Positions 25,931 through 40,697 of a stretch of DNA of 64,000 nt are shown here, one piece after another. The translations under genes were made by a program, and so were the position numbers. This DNA comes from Perna viridis (lineage: Eukaryota): NCBI GenBank assembly GCA_037379345.1, contig CM074516.1:48583626-48647625 (forward strand). Direction: 5' to 3'. The notes beneath the pieces are model-generated. The model did not search any database, was not told where the DNA came from, and saw only the letters and a program-made list of their open reading frames with translations. Position 1 is the first letter of the stretch. Each line of letters begins with the position of its first letter.

Positions 25931-28656
25931 TTCAATCTCTGGAGACAACAAATTGTCTGAATTTTTTAAATTCTAATAGATAGTTTTGTTAAAAAACACA
26001 CTGACCCATGGAATAAACAATAGTGATTGAGATCTAGACTGAAATGATTGACTCACACCCTATATCATTGGTGTGGTCTATCTGATGAAAACTTAGAAAA
26101 AAATACCTCTTACATTTACAGGTACATTTAAACTTGACTTCAATCTAAAAGGTTTACAAATCAAATCATTTCTTCTCTCTGCCTATTTCAAGTTTAAAAA
26201 AGAAAATAAACTCTGAAATTTCCTGGATTATTTTTGTTTTGTAGTTATAATAAAGGGGAAAGCACTTTGATCTAGAGGTCTATATTTTGTGGTCTAACTA
26301 CTTTCTGTAAGTTCAACCCATTTCAAACAACCAAATTACCCCAATAAACTTATCAATAAGATATTAACAATTCAAAAAATTTTAGTATTGTACAATAGTT
26401 ATGATTATAAATACAGATATCTGACTATAGAATACACAGAACTGAGAAACATAACCTTACCATGAATGTTACTGTATACTGTGTTTAAATATGACAGAAA
26501 AACACAACATGAAACAAAATCTGTCAATGATGTCACCATCACCTGTATAATGTTTCCTTCAAGGAAGATTTAAGGAGACATTGACAAAGACAACACCTAC
26601 GTTGGTAGAAAACTGTCGCTGAACTAGTAAACCAATGAGGAAATGTTATTGTACATACTTTATGTAATACAGAACTAATTTTTTTCAGAACTGTGTTCCA
26701 ACTAATTTTGCAGACTGATAACCTTTAACCTTTTCATGAAACTGCATATGAATAACCCTAAAGCTAAGGACCAGTATTATAACAAAGCAAAAAACTTTAA
26801 TAATAATTTGTATTTCAACCATCCAATACTTCCCCTTTATCTGACTAAGACACTAAGCCAGTATATGGAGCTTTAACCTAGACAATGTTTCTTCAGAACT
26901 TAACAGTGGTATTTACTTCCTGTCGGATATGAAGTGTCTTTAGAAGACAGATATAAATAATAATCAGGACGTAACAAACCCACATCTCTCTGAATATTGG
27001 GTACCACCCAAATAATAGCCCAACCATCGTACTTTCAATATTCATCGGAAATAATTAACAGTTGTTCTGATTTTGAATAGCCTACATGATGGAAAGAGAG
27101 AGTTACTTGGAGTTTTTAATGTCCTGCACAAGTTAATACACACAATTAATTCAAGCGCTTAGTGTAATTTTATCCCACTTGCAAAGTTCCCTGCCATTTT
27201 TGAATAATGGCATCTTTTAGGTTATCAATGTGATATGACAGTATGCCGGATGCTTACAGAGAAATATTTTGTACAATTTCCGTAACTTTGGAATCACATC
27301 AGAGTCGTCATAATTAGCAAACCCTATGGAATTATGGGTAATAAAAGCTTTTATCATCATTATTTTACCTGAGAAAATTGATTTTTAAGGTTTTCAGTAA
27401 TGAATGGAAATTGTCCTCATGCTGAGTACAAGTCAACAACTGGAGAGAAAACATTTTATCAAAATAATAATTTATATTCAAAAATTGTTCTTAATATAAT
27501 AAAAAAAATGATATCGTTAACATGCCCATAAATGATTACAAACATTAATACCTTTCTGAGACAGACAGACCATGTTCTTTTGTAAGAACTAAAACATTGA
27601 GTCATTGTAAAGGTCAAGGTCAAGAGCATGTACCCTTAACACCTTCTGCTAGACATGTTTTTTTCTCAGTTGAATGGATTATGTTAGCTCAGTTAAAAAT
27701 TCTTATCTTGTACCTATAGTAACATATTCCCATAATTTCAATAGAAACTCATTGTCATCTATTTTGCTGTTAAAGGATTTACAGCCTTTGAAAATACTAC
27801 CAGCAGAAAGAAATGATTAATCATGACAAAAATACAACAATGCTAGCAATTTAGTAATCACCAAATTTCTGAGACCAACTCAAGCAAAAGTTATGTAACA
27901 CCTGAAAATTATCATAAAATCAACAAATATTTACTAAATAATTCATTTCCGACTTTTCTTTTTTAAAATGAAATATCATTTACCAATCAGTTTTTCTTTT
28001 CAACAGAGTAAAGTTTCCAAATCAGATTACAAAACTATGCCAAACCTACAAATTGTAATGTTATCAAACAAAAACACAATTAAAAACCCATGATACAAAA
28101 ATCATTTTAATTTCTTTTTATTGGTGGGGATTTTTTTTTTTTGTACTGCGGAAGTCCTGTGAAGTCTGTGTTTGAACTGACAGTTGTAACAATAATTATA
28201 TTGTAGTACAAATCGATGTATAATAGTAAATAAAGTGCTCCTCACTTGACAAGGATGATTTCCTCATTAAAACCAACTCAATTTAAATAAATTGTATTTA
28301 TGCAAATAATAGTTAGGATTGTCAGTGTTTTGCAGAATATCGATCACACAACTATAACACAATGTACATTTCTACCTCCATTTGATTTTAGGAACAGAAA
28401 TGTTAAAATAGTGATAAAAACGAGGAAATATAAAGAGAAATGACATGATTTACAGAACCAGCTCTCAATTAAGTTAATAGAGAATTTAATGTATAAAATA
28501 AGGATTATCAGAAAGAAGAACAATTACTAAAAAAATCTTTCAGTCAAACCAGTGAGATACCATCTATCTTACCCCCCCCCCCCCCCAAAAAAAAAAAATA
28601 AAAAATAAATCTGTGAGCCAATTCCGAATTGTGATGCACCAAAACCAAACTAGATA

Positions 28657-28839
28657 CTGTGAAAGTAACTTATGGATACCAATTTTAGTTGATTAAGAAA
28701 GAAGCACAAGTTCATGGATCCTTGATTTCATGGTTTTGAGGTTTTCAGTATACACAGGAATGGTAACCAAATTTCATGGTCTGACTCACCCACCAAAGCC
28801 ACGAAAATTGGTACCCCATGAACAATAGAACTTTCACAG
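28657..28839. mobile_element. Short MITE (~183 bp)
   Basis: TIRs CTGTGAAAGT (28657-28666) / ACTTTCACAG (28830-28839), plus subterminal inverted TACCAATTTT / AAAATTGGTA; TA on the left flank. Confidence 0.65.
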
Positions 28840-29331
28840 AAATCAACTTATAAACTGAGTTGTCATACAGGAAGCTACTGTTACCTGAAATAAAACACTT
28901 TGATTTAGCACAACTATATAAAGCACATCTATATATATATAGTACACCTATATATATATCTTGTGTCAAAATATCAAGTAGTTACATACACAAATTGTTA
29001 CTAAAATAAATGTTAAGGACATACAGACAGTCAGACAGACAAGAAAAATCAGTATATTCTTTCCTTCGGAGCAGGGGTATAAAAACATTGAACCATGTTT
29101 GACCTCATTTGGGATGCAACAGTGTAATTGTTATGTAATTGATTGCCTGGCAAAATATAAACACAAAATATGAAATGACTTGTACTAATATGGTTTACCA
29201 AATCTACATGTTAACTCTTGATTATAGAGTCAATGAAGTCAATAGTAAGTCAATTAAGGCCAGACATGGGTAGGTGATAATGGATTGGTATTGTTACATA
29301 AATAATACTCTATTATCATCAATAATAAAGC

Positions 29332-30425
29332 AGGAGGGTTATACTAGCTGTTCCCATGAAACAGTAAAGAGGATGATAATACTAGCTGTTACATTGGAGC
29401 AGTAGGAAGGATGATTATATTAGCTGTTCTCATGGAGCAGTACGGAGGATGATTATATTAGCTGTTCTCATGGAGCAGTACGGAGGATAATTATACTAGC
29501 TGTTCCTATGGAGCAGTACGGAGGATGAATATACTAGCTGTTCCTATGGAGCAGTACGGAGGATGATTATACTAGCTGTTCTCATGGAGCAGTACGGAGG
29601 ATGATTATATTAGCTGTTCTCATGGAGCAGTACGGAGGATGACTATACTAGCTGTTCCTATGGAGCAGTACGGAGGATGAATATACTAGCTGTTCCCTTG
29701 GAGCAGTACGGAGGATGATTATACTAGCTGTTCCCTTGGAGCAGTACGGAGGATGATTATACTAGCTGTTCCTATGGAGCAGTACGAAGGATGATTATAC
29801 TAGCTGTTCCTATGGAGCAGTACGGAGGATGATTATACTAGCTGTTCTCAAGGAGCAGTACGGAGGATGATTATACTAGCTGTTCCTATGGAGCAGTACG
29901 GAGGATGAATATACTAGCTGTTCCCTTGGAGCAGTACGGAGGATGATTATACTAGCTGTTCCCTTGGAGCAGTACGGAGGATGATTATACTAGCTGTTCC
30001 TATGGAGCAGTACGAAGGATAATTATACTAGCTGTTCTCATGGAGCAGTACGGAGGATGATTATACTAGCTGTTCCCTTGAAGCAGTACGGAGGATGATT
30101 ATACTAGCTGTTCTCATGGAGCAGTACGGAGGATGATTATACTAGCTGTTCTCATGGAGCAGTACGGAGGATGATTATACTAGCTGTTCCCTTGGAGCAG
30201 TACGGAGGATGATTATACTAGCTGTTCCTATGGAGCAGTAGGGAGGATGATAATACTAGCTGTTACCTTGGAGCAGTAGAGAGGATGATTATACTAGCTG
30301 TTCTCATGGAGCAGTAGGGAGGATAATACTAGCTGTTCCCTTGGAGTTGTAGGGAGGATGATTATACTAGCTGTTACCTTGGAGCAGTAAAGAGGATGAT
30401 AATACTAGCTGTTACCTTGGAGCAG
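29332..30425. repeat. Minisatellite, 38-bp unit GGAGGATGATTATACTAGCTGTTCCTATGGAGCAGTAC x~29
   Basis: Homogeneous central copies and more diverged edge copies. Confidence 0.97.
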
Positions 30426-33400
30426 GAACCGAAGAGGTCTTAAACTAGTTCAATTTGATTTAAACTTAGCAAGGCTAAATGGCATACTGCAATAAATGAC
30501 TTAATCTTGACAATTCAGAACAGAATAACCTCAGCCATCAATAAGAAAAGTTGAATTGAATTAATAAATCTGGAATCCACACTTTTTTCAGTGTTGTTTA
30601 AGTTAAATTCCATAGTTTTGCATTTATTCATAAGAACTTCAAATATGATTATTTCCTTTGACGATAAGATCACCAAACTTCATTAAAACAAATTCTATAA
30701 CTAAATCAGTGCTGTTTTAATAACAAAACATCAAGTTTGCAATTTCACGAGATTAATCGAGTCAATTGACTTAACGGTAATTCACAATCAGGTCATTACT
30801 TCCCCTGAATAAATGTGAATACGAGTCCTATGTTAACATCATCTCAGTTCATTTGTAGCAGAAAATTTCTAATAAAACTAATTAATGTTGTACAGGTAGA
30901 AGGTTTTGAGGGTCTACATGGGAACTTGAAGTCAAATCCTCTGGTTCATCTCTCAAAGAGTTAGTTTTAGCTGCTCACAGAAAGTGGAAAAACATGATCC
31001 ATACAAAGATGTTCAAAGAATGAATAAATACTCATAGCAGATAGAAATGGAGGAATGGAGACAAATATACCATAAAAAACCTCAACAGACCACATTCCAA
31101 AAGCTTACAGATGGTTCTAGTAAATTACATTGATTTTTTTAACTTTTGATTTGGAGCTATACTGATTTTTATTCTAAGGACTAGAAACTCTAAAGTCTAA
31201 CAGATGTCAAAATTACACAGCCTTATCAATATTTAAAAATCAGACATAAATATCATATCACTTTTAATGAAAACAATAATTACAAATTCTACCCTACCAA
31301 TAAAAGTACAATTGTTTGGTTTGGTATAACCTAAGGGGACAGATTTAATATGGTATAGCTGGTTCTGATTGTTTTTCCCCAGACTTGACAGTCTGTTTTT
31401 TTTTTGATAACTGATATAACATGTTTCAAATAATAACTTAATCAAAATTCTAATTATGCTTTATGTGAAATAGATGATTATGACAATGTAATCAAATGTA
31501 ATTATGACAGAAAAAGGTAAATGTATACCCCAGTGTAATCAGTCCAATCAGTTACGCATTATTATTACTGAAAATTTGGTGCAAATCAATTGTTTATAAA
31601 AATCATCAACTCATTGTCAACAAGTGTCGTTATCTACAGTGGTTAAATCCTGTTAAGCAAGGATGTGAGAAACTTGCTCACACATTAATGTAGACCCTGG
31701 AGTAAGTACACATCATCTCAAAAAGAGTTTTGTATCAAATCTTTTAATATGAGACAGGTGAAACCTGAAGAAGCACAAGTTCATTCCCTAATTAGTTAAA
31801 AAGCTACTTGCTTGATCTAACTGGATCTTGGTCCAACTTTTCACTTTATGATATGACATAATGATATCATGGAAATTTGAGAAAGTTCACCAGAATCCCT
31901 TTTTTTGCTAACTTGCAGACATTTTTTGGTCACCATAGTATATCAGCTCTTTAGTTTTTCATATTTTATCATTTTAAATTTTTGTTTACCATTCATATCA
32001 ACTAAGATAAAACTGAAGTCAGATCCAGGTAAGTGTGAGCATTTATCATAATAAAAATCCAACCATGAAGATCAGCAGCAAGCTAAAGCTAAGCCAGACT
32101 TTGATCATGTAAAAATATGGCAAACAATCTAAGAAATAACTACAATCAGAAAATCTGCCCTTGAATTAGACAGTATTTAACAGCATCACTGATATGATGA
32201 ATTAAGTGTTCTGTGGTGTCGAGTTTGTTGTGGATATGTGCTGTGGTCAGGCAATGTTCATATTAATTATAGCTGGTCACATGACAAGCTATAGCGAAGA
32301 TGTGTGGTCATCCTGTAATAATACCGCTGACAGTCTGATTAATGGCGGTGTAAGATTTCTATAGTTATAACAAGATAATAGTATTATTAACTCAATAATA
32401 ATTTTGATAACTTAGCAAATTTTGTTAATTAACTAAAAAAACCAACAAATTATGGTACAAACATCCTTGATGGTTACATTTTCTATGAAGTCAACATTTT
32501 ATAATAAACATTCACAATACTCAAGTTTTAATTTGAAAAAAAAATATCTTTAAAGTCTGTTACTGATATTAGTTTTAGTTAATTCTGAAATTTTGTCAAT
32601 CTAATAATTTCATGCTGTCTGAAGTTACAAACCAATTTCATCTCATTTCTACTATTGACAGTTATTGCCAATCAGAAAAGTAATGTGTTTTACATAAATC
32701 TACATTAACAATTGGAGACATTATTTTTAAATTCAGAATTGTCAACTTAATACAATCATGAGTGGCATATTTTAGTATTTCAATGTAATGTTTTTTTTTA
32801 TGATTTCAAAGCAGCCATAGTCAGAGAATCAGGGTACATATGTACTGTATTACAAGTTTATTGCATTTCAATTGGGAAATATTGCACCAGTGTATTATTG
32901 CATGTTCTTGGGAAATATTGCACCAGTGTATTATTGCACGTCCTTGGGAGTACAATAAAACACTATATGAAGCATCAATGTCTATACTATTATGCCACTA
33001 CCATATAAAGTCTAACTTCATTTTTGATGAAATTCGCTGTTTAAGTTATCCACTGACATCACATGTCAAGGAAACTGGGAAAATTATTGTGTAAATATTA
33101 ATGTTACTTGTCTAGAAATTATCACTTTATGGTAAAATCAAAAAACTTTATTCATGTAGATTACTTTTCAACATTTCCAGAAGATAAAAACAAAATGCAA
33201 AAATAAAAGAGACTTGTAATGGAAGCTTGCTGTATCTATTGTATACAATACTGTGTAAACTGTGAAAATATATGTTATACCAGTAACTAAACACATTTGC
33301 TACCCTTCTTCAGAGTTTCAATTCCCTCAAATATAAACTGAAATATCAGAAACAAACTTTGTTTGCCAGATATGTAAAGAAAAAACAAAAGTGGGCTTCC

Positions 33401-33528
33401 CTCTTCAAAAACAAATTATTAGAATACCCCTATTTGTTTTTCTTTAGTTGTTGTACAACATATGAATATTGCAGCATAACTATAAACAATGTGTAATATA
33501 GAACAATAACACGACTTCATACGCTTAC

Positions 33529-33716
33529 CTTGGAAATAAGCTTTAGTCCTAAGAAAACTGACAGCTAGTCTTAGTATAGATAGTTTATCTAACTTGGATA
33601 TCACACTTTGTTCAAATGGTAATAGACTTGCTAAATGATCAAGTTCAGAATTAAGTCTTTCTCTATGACGTTTACTGGGGTTACTCTTTGGAGGGTCTTT
33701 GGATGGAGCTTTTACA
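33529..33716 (-). CDS. AHR: AHR coding exon 2 (bHLH domain)
   Basis: 188 nt, acceptor TTTACAG, donor G|GTAAGC. Translates [62 protein letters not shown]. Confidence 0.98.
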
Positions 33717-34494
33717 CTGTAAATAGAAAATTAAATTAATACTATGGGCAGTATACATTTACTGGTTCAGATAAACATGACAGTTGATTTCCACTTTGTT
33801 GGAAAATGTAAAAAATTCAATTTATTTAGCCTTTAATTTACAAAAACATTGCTGGTGACCCTTTTTTATTCAATGATGTTAAGGTTTTGCCCTATAAACA
33901 GTAAGTAGGTACTTCCCCAAATCTGAGATGGTCCACCTCCAAATATAATATCAGAAACCATTCCTGTATATGATGTTTACAGAAAAATCCTAAGTTAAGC
34001 ATGGTTATGGTTATACAATAATTATGTATTGTAATATCTAATAATTGTTATCCTCCATCAAATTAGAGAGCAGGAACATTAAAACATTGTAACAAATGTC
34101 CCAAATGTTCACACATTTCTGAACAATATGACCATAAATGACTCCTTCACTAAAGAGCTCTTCAATCTCAAGTGCTATACCAACATTGCAAGGATTTGTT
34201 TAACAAAAGAGAACTTGAGAGGGGTGACAGACCACTTGAGAACTGTCAGAGAGTTTCTCTACAACGATCTGTATAACTACTTCATTATGGATAATACAGC
34301 ACACAGAATATTTACGTTGGCTTTTTAAAGATTATCAGATGTTCGGCTTACAATTCATATTTTCTACCATTGCCTACTTACCTAAAACAGATTTCATTTG
34401 GATTGCAAATTTGTGAATATTAAGTAGACACTGCTACCTTAATGGACTGGCCACTTCAATCATTTTTTGAAGTAAAAACAACTAGCATGTATAG

Positions 34495-35180
34495 GGTACT
34501 GCCTCCAAAACTCATTTAGATAAATTATACAAATTACAAAAAAAGAGCAGCAAGAATAATTTTAAATGTAAATATTGATACCCCATCAAGATTAATGTTC
34601 AAAAAATTAGAATGGTTGAATATATATAACAGAATGAAAACTTCAATGCGATCATGATATATAGATGTATGAATGATTCAGCACCCGAATATTTGTCCGA
34701 TTTTTTTCTCCAAATTGCCCTTCCATGAATACATACACATTAAGATCAGCGACATTAAGTAATCTTTATATAAATAGACCAAATTCAAATTTTGAGAAAA
34801 AAAAATATATAATAATAAATAAAAAAAAAAAATCCAAAAAAAAACAACAACAAAAAACATTTCAATACACTGGAACAATCTTGTATAACTCCCTTCCATT
34901 AGAACTAAAACAGTCAAAAAGCATTGAAAATTTTAAGAAAAAATGTAATGTCTACCAACTAAATCATCAAGTAAATAGTAACAAATTATATTGCATAATA
35001 TCTTATTTATATATATATATATACTTTAGAATAATAATCATATGTATGCTTATAGATTTGTGTATTGTGGTTATTATTATTTTTTATAATCATTATTTTG
35101 TTTGTATTTGTGAAGGCCACAGGGGAGGTTAACATATTTTATTGTTAACTGTGTTACCTTCTGTTAGTTAGTTAGTTAGC
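34495..35180 (+). mobile_element. 5'-truncated CR1/L2-type LINE 3' end (ORF2 C-terminus plus 3' UTR)
   Basis: Frameshifted translation THLDKLYKLQK-RAARIILNVNIDTPSRLMFKKLEWLNIYNRM...IYRCMNDSAPEYLSDFF...YTLRSAT...KTFQYTGTILYNSLPLELKQSKSIENFKKK is typical of CR1/L2-group ORF2 tails. A 3' stem-loop GAAGGCCACAG...CTGTGTTACCTTC is followed by (TTAG)n, and there is an A-rich insertion at ~34797-34858. Confidence 0.8.
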
Positions 35181-38100
35181 ATACTTTGCAAATTATGTTT
35201 GATAAAGATCTCTTCATTTTTTTCGATAAAATAACTCATAACTCATGGAGACTAAATCTAAAAGATATGAATGTTATCAAATTTATGTACTTAAGAGAAA
35301 AATATATCTAATAATATATTTTTCATAATTAATGGTTTTAAAATCATAAAAAAAACTGTCAAACTTCACTTTGTTACTATTGAAACAGACAGCATCTGCA
35401 ACTAAAGCTTAAAAATATAACATCAGTAAAAATGGGAAATTCTATCTTAAGTAATTTTAATTGGTGGATAATTAATTCTTCCGGATATTAAACTGATTCT
35501 TAGTAACAGTATGACCAACTACCAACACAGCCATTTAAGTAATACAACACAGCAGGAAGAACCATTCAAACTGTTATTTTGATTGGCAAGGATGATGCAC
35601 ATTTCACAATATTTGATAATCTCAATGGGAGACGAAATCTTCTTTAAATTGTCCTCATGCAAGTTCATTATTTGTATAATCACAAATGTTCTGCTATGTT
35701 ACAATAGCCACTGTCCAAAGGGATCATCTATCATTATTGAGAGATAAAAGAGAATGTCATACAACAAATTAACCCTAAATTATTTTGTTTCTCAAACTAT
35801 TGACTCCGATTTTGGGGGCCACTTCAAAGCACTCTAGAGACCAGGAATCTTGTCACATCTGCTAACTAGACGCTTGGAGAACATTTATAAATTTCTATGA
35901 ATCTCGATGTTTAAAAAGATGCTGAACTTAGGATTATACATTGAACCCTTGGGACAAACTTTAGAAATGACTACTGACAACACAATTCTATTATTTTACC
36001 AAAGAAAATCTAACTATTCTTTAAATGTTATCTTCTAACTCAACATCATCATCCAAATTCATCAACAAATAGTTAATTTTACATTAATAGCTTTCTTCAG
36101 GAAAGAGTTCTTCCATCATGGACCCGTTAACTACATTCAAAATAGTTTATTCTTACTCATTAACAAATTCAAGTGCCCAGTGCTCCTGGGGATATTTGTC
36201 TTTCTCAGGGTGTCAATCCCATTCAAACAATTGCATCAATGTTATAAAGATTTAGTTTACTTGTTAAAGTGTTGAGGCTGACTGTGACACCTTAGAAACA
36301 TCTGCACCTTTAAAGGTAACTGTAACTTAAAAATCACTTGTAAAAGTAGTTGGTCAAAAGGAAAATAATGACATTCACTGATGATAATGCCCATTTAATG
36401 AAGGCTAGATGGTAGCCATTCACATATTTATCATCAAACTTTTACTATTGTGGCTGTTATTTCCATTTCTCAGCTTTTTAAGAACAACATGGACTTGAAT
36501 ACATAGAATATATATATATTAATACTATTCAATATTAAATAAATGATGGAGTTTCAAGTAAAAAATGCTATCTACAGAAAGAAGGTAAACAGACAGTCTG
36601 TCTTACAAGCTAAAACAAAAAAGATAGTAAACCTATAATTCAGAGTCAGCTAGGCCAGCATAAATAAGATATAACCTAACATAAGAATGTACTAGCAAGG
36701 CAAACAATTATATAATAGTATAGAATTTTTCGAAATAACATATTTTTCACCTAAATTTAATTTGGTGAAAATAAAAGATTCTGATATCAATAAGTTGTGT
36801 TGATTAAATGGAGCCTGCATTCATTAGTTTAAGTTTTAATTAGATAGTAAAATTTACAATACATAGAAAAGAGCATCAGTAATTTAGTGTTATCATTTCT
36901 CCCTCGTGTCACATCTTCTCGGCCGACGCAAGACCACATCAAAATACAGTCCCATCAAAGTCTAATTTAAAATATCATTGAGATCTTGTTAAATAGAAAC
37001 CTAGTAGTCTGTAATTTCATTTGAGACCCGTCAAATTGCCCTCGGCCATGTAACTGTTGAGGAATGATCAAATACAGTATTTTATCGCCCATAGAAAACA
37101 AGACCATGTCAGAAGTGTAATTGAATTTGGGAGCATTAACGTCGAATTTGATGCCAATTTAGAATTATCAATCTTATTCAATGAGGTACAATCAACCATT
37201 GGTGTAACTTCATATCGGCATTCCGAACGACATCAATCGCACGGCAAAAATCGACAAATGTTTTGGCGAACATAAAAATATATTTGATTCTACTAGATTT
37301 GATTAAGAGCCAGTAAAACATTGTGAGATATTGTTCATTTACTAATTTGATTAAGAGAAATAGATTAACCTTATCTTTGTTGTTTGGATGTAGTATTTTA
37401 TGTGTCAAGCAACACATAATTTGTGAGCCGACTTCCTCACAACATGCAATGTTATAACATGCAATACCAATTCATTCAAATATCTGTTTCCGTGTTGAAC
37501 ATGCAAGGCAAATGTATACTTGTGTAACTTATGAAAAGGCCTTGCATTTACTATCATTGTAACTTTTAACTTTTAAAATAGTTCAAGATGCCAAGGACTT
37601 GTACTTGAAAGTGTAACTAGAAACAAAGAACTAAGAAGCCTTCACACATGAAAATAATCATTTTCTTGTTCTACATTTACATATCATATCATGGTATGGG
37701 GAAAGAAACACCTGATATACAATTGTCTGATGTTTTAGGAGCTTGTTACATGAAACGAAAAGGCCATTTCTGGTCAATGTCATCTGCATTTGTGCAAACT
37801 CAGTAATTAATTTATATAAACAAAATATGGACATTAAAAAAAAAGGAGTAAATTTGGCATTTTTCAAAGTAAAAAATAACATTGAAATAATTGCTGAAAT
37901 TATGGTAAAATAAAAAATGTATATGACACCTTTTACAATTCTTAAAAACATTTGCCCCATATTTTACATGAAAATTACATATAAAATGAAATCCTTTCCT
38001 TATCAAATTGATAACCTGGTATAAAAATGGTTCTCCTGATTTTAAATACCTTGTCAAAAAGTATGGGGCAAAAACAACCTACATAGTTCTATATATTACT

Positions 38101-38659
38101 CTGATAAAATCTATGACAATTTAGACTTAAAATATATCTATCATCAAAATCTACAAAAAGACAGTTTTTGTGTAAACATTTCATACAATTGTCAATGTAA
38201 AGCCGTCACAACATCATGTGCAGAAAAACTATTATCACACTTATAATTAAATTAAAATCGGCAAATCTGTTTTAATCATTACAAAACGAAGCCACACTGT
38301 ATTTTAAATTGTAGAAGTAATTGATTATTAGAACTCTTCAAAGTGAAATTTGTACAATAATATTATATGACTTTGTATTAAAATATAATTTTTAAAATGA
38401 GATATGTAAGCCTTATGTATTGTGAACTGATGAAAAGGGGATGAGCTTACCCATGCAAAGAATGTGAGACAAAAATAATATTTCGTCAAGAACCTTTTGT
38501 GTAAAAGTCAACTATAAAACATTTAGATGGAGGGAAATTAAAGCATCGTAGTTTATTGGAGATCAATGCAAAATCTCAGGACTTTGCTGTGCATTATAAG
38601 ATTTAATTCCATTATATACAGAAGTATACAGTATACATCTGGTTATCAACCATAGTATC

Positions 38660-39144
38660 TTGACAAGTTAGAACCAGAAACTTCAACAATTATATACCAC
38701 AGTACATTGACAAGGAGTCAGAACCAGAAACTTCAACAATTATATACCACAGTGCATTGACAAGGAGTCAGAACCAGAAACTTCAACAATTATATACCAC
38801 AGTACATTGACAAGGAGTCAGAACCAGAAACTTCAACAATTATATACCACAGTGCATTGACAAGGAGTCAGAACCTGAAACTTCAACAATTATATACCAC
38901 AGTGCATTGACAAGGAGTCAGAACCAGAAACTTCAACAATTATATACCACAGTGCATTGACAAGGAGTCAGAACCAGAAACTTCAACAATTATATACCAC
39001 AGTACATTGACAAGGAGTCAGAACCAGAAACTTCAACAATTATATACCACAGTGCATTGACAAGAAGTCAGAACCAGAAACTTCAACAATTATATACCAC
39101 AGTACATTGACAAGGAGTCAGAACCTGAAACTTCAACAATTATA
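38660..39144. repeat. Minisatellite, 50-bp unit AGAACCAGAAACTTCAACAATTATATACCACAGTRCATTGACAAGGAGTC x~9.5
   Basis: Near-identical tandem copies. Confidence 0.97.
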
Positions 39145-40559
39145 ACTTGCAACAAAGATGACAAAATTTCAATAAATTCACTTTGAAAAGCAATACCGGT
39201 AAATCATTTCTTTTCATGAGCAATGAAAAAACTCAAAGAAAATAAGAAATGACAACCATCCAAAGTTTTTGCTATACAATTAAATAAAATTTTCTAAACG
39301 AATAATTAAATGCAATAAAGTTCAGATTATGATGGAGAGGTAGGGCATCTAATGTTATAGACCACCAAGGATATAACATAGGAGAAATGAATGTATACAA
39401 TTCTTATTGTATACGATCAAATGTAATGTTATATAAAAATGAGCAACAATCTATCAGGTTATAATTTCTACACATCATCCATTGTTTTGGATTGTAGGGT
39501 ACTCCATCTCACGGCGGTGACATCTGTCAACAGGTCCTGCTATGGCATGCTGGGAAGACAAAACAGACCTTGTTTCCTGTTGTTGAACGATTAAGTCATA
39601 CATAAACTGTCAACCAGTGAACTGTAATGTGATACCAGAACATTACACCATCATATAGAGACATCAATGCAGTATAAAGAAAACTTATCAGTTCATTATA
39701 AAAAACTAAATGCAGTAGGAAGACATGTTTGTGCATATCAAAAACATCTGCTTTCACCAAAATGAAGAAGCACCTTAATTCAAAATGGATTCAAGGAAAT
39801 AAAAATAAACTGCAAAAGATAAAAACGCTGAAATGAACCAAGATCATTCAAAATAATATGTAATATTTCTCAATAGAACACAGCTAAACTTTCTAAGTAG
39901 CTGAACTTATAGTATACTAGATATGTCTTTGCTAGAGTTGAACATAGATTACTGTAGATTCTTTAGTATTATAATCAGGTGCATTAACAAGATTGTACAG
40001 AGAGAATATACCTCTGTCAAATAAGGTCGAACTTGAGTCAGTTTGGATTGAAAAGTGTCCCATTACAATATAAACACATTATCAGCACCGAAATCAAACC
40101 TTGATCAAGATGTCAAATCTAGGTGGCGCTGCGTCTCTTCATCTGAGGTAGGTAAAATGGTCTTCATGAAAATAAAATCTTTACAAGTATAGACTAGGAA
40201 CTGCACTGTAAGGTAGACCTGGGACAGTACGAAATGGTTTAGGTATTACTCATTGTTACTAAATATAGAATAATTTTTGTTCTCAAATTAGGCAGATTTA
40301 AACAAATTATAACAAATGCCATACCTTTATAATTAAACCAACATTATAAAGGCTGACAGTTATTAAGACATTCCTTCTGTAATTGTACCAGGTTTTAGGT
40401 TCCTTTTTTCAATGACAATTCTATGTATTCAACTCTGTCAATGTAAAACACCTGCTAGAGAGAGAACACTGGACACTGGCAGTTTTAACTCAACTTTGGA
40501 TGATTTAATCACTGCACATTACCTTGTACTTAAAAAAATACATTGTATTTCATACTTTT

Positions 40560-40697
40560 TCATGAGTTGCTCATTCTTCACTTTTGTTACTTTGTAATGT
40601 GTTATTTTAGTAATTTGATGTTGTGTGTGTCTGTTTTCCATGTTTATCCCTGGACTACTGATTTCTGCTACAACCCTGGTTCCATTGATTACTCTTA
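40560..40697 (+). mobile_element. Second fragment of the retroelement 3' region seen at ~2010-2155
   Basis: Shares TGAGTTGCT..., TGTTGTGTGTGTCT.TTTTCCATGT, TCCCTGGA, CTGATTTC.GC and TGGTTCC in the same order. Confidence 0.6.

Noticed and set aside
25572-25983. Repetitive ORFs (LLTKINHSVDGES)n
   Set aside because: 39-bp unit is a multiple of 3; indels break the frame.
29332-30425. CRISPR-like regular repeats with a hairpin
   Set aside because: Units are directly adjacent with no unique spacers, there are no cas genes, and the context is a eukaryotic intron.
34725-35132. 135-aa ORF as a host gene
   Set aside because: LINE ORF2 tail interrupted by an A-rich insertion, with upstream frameshifts.
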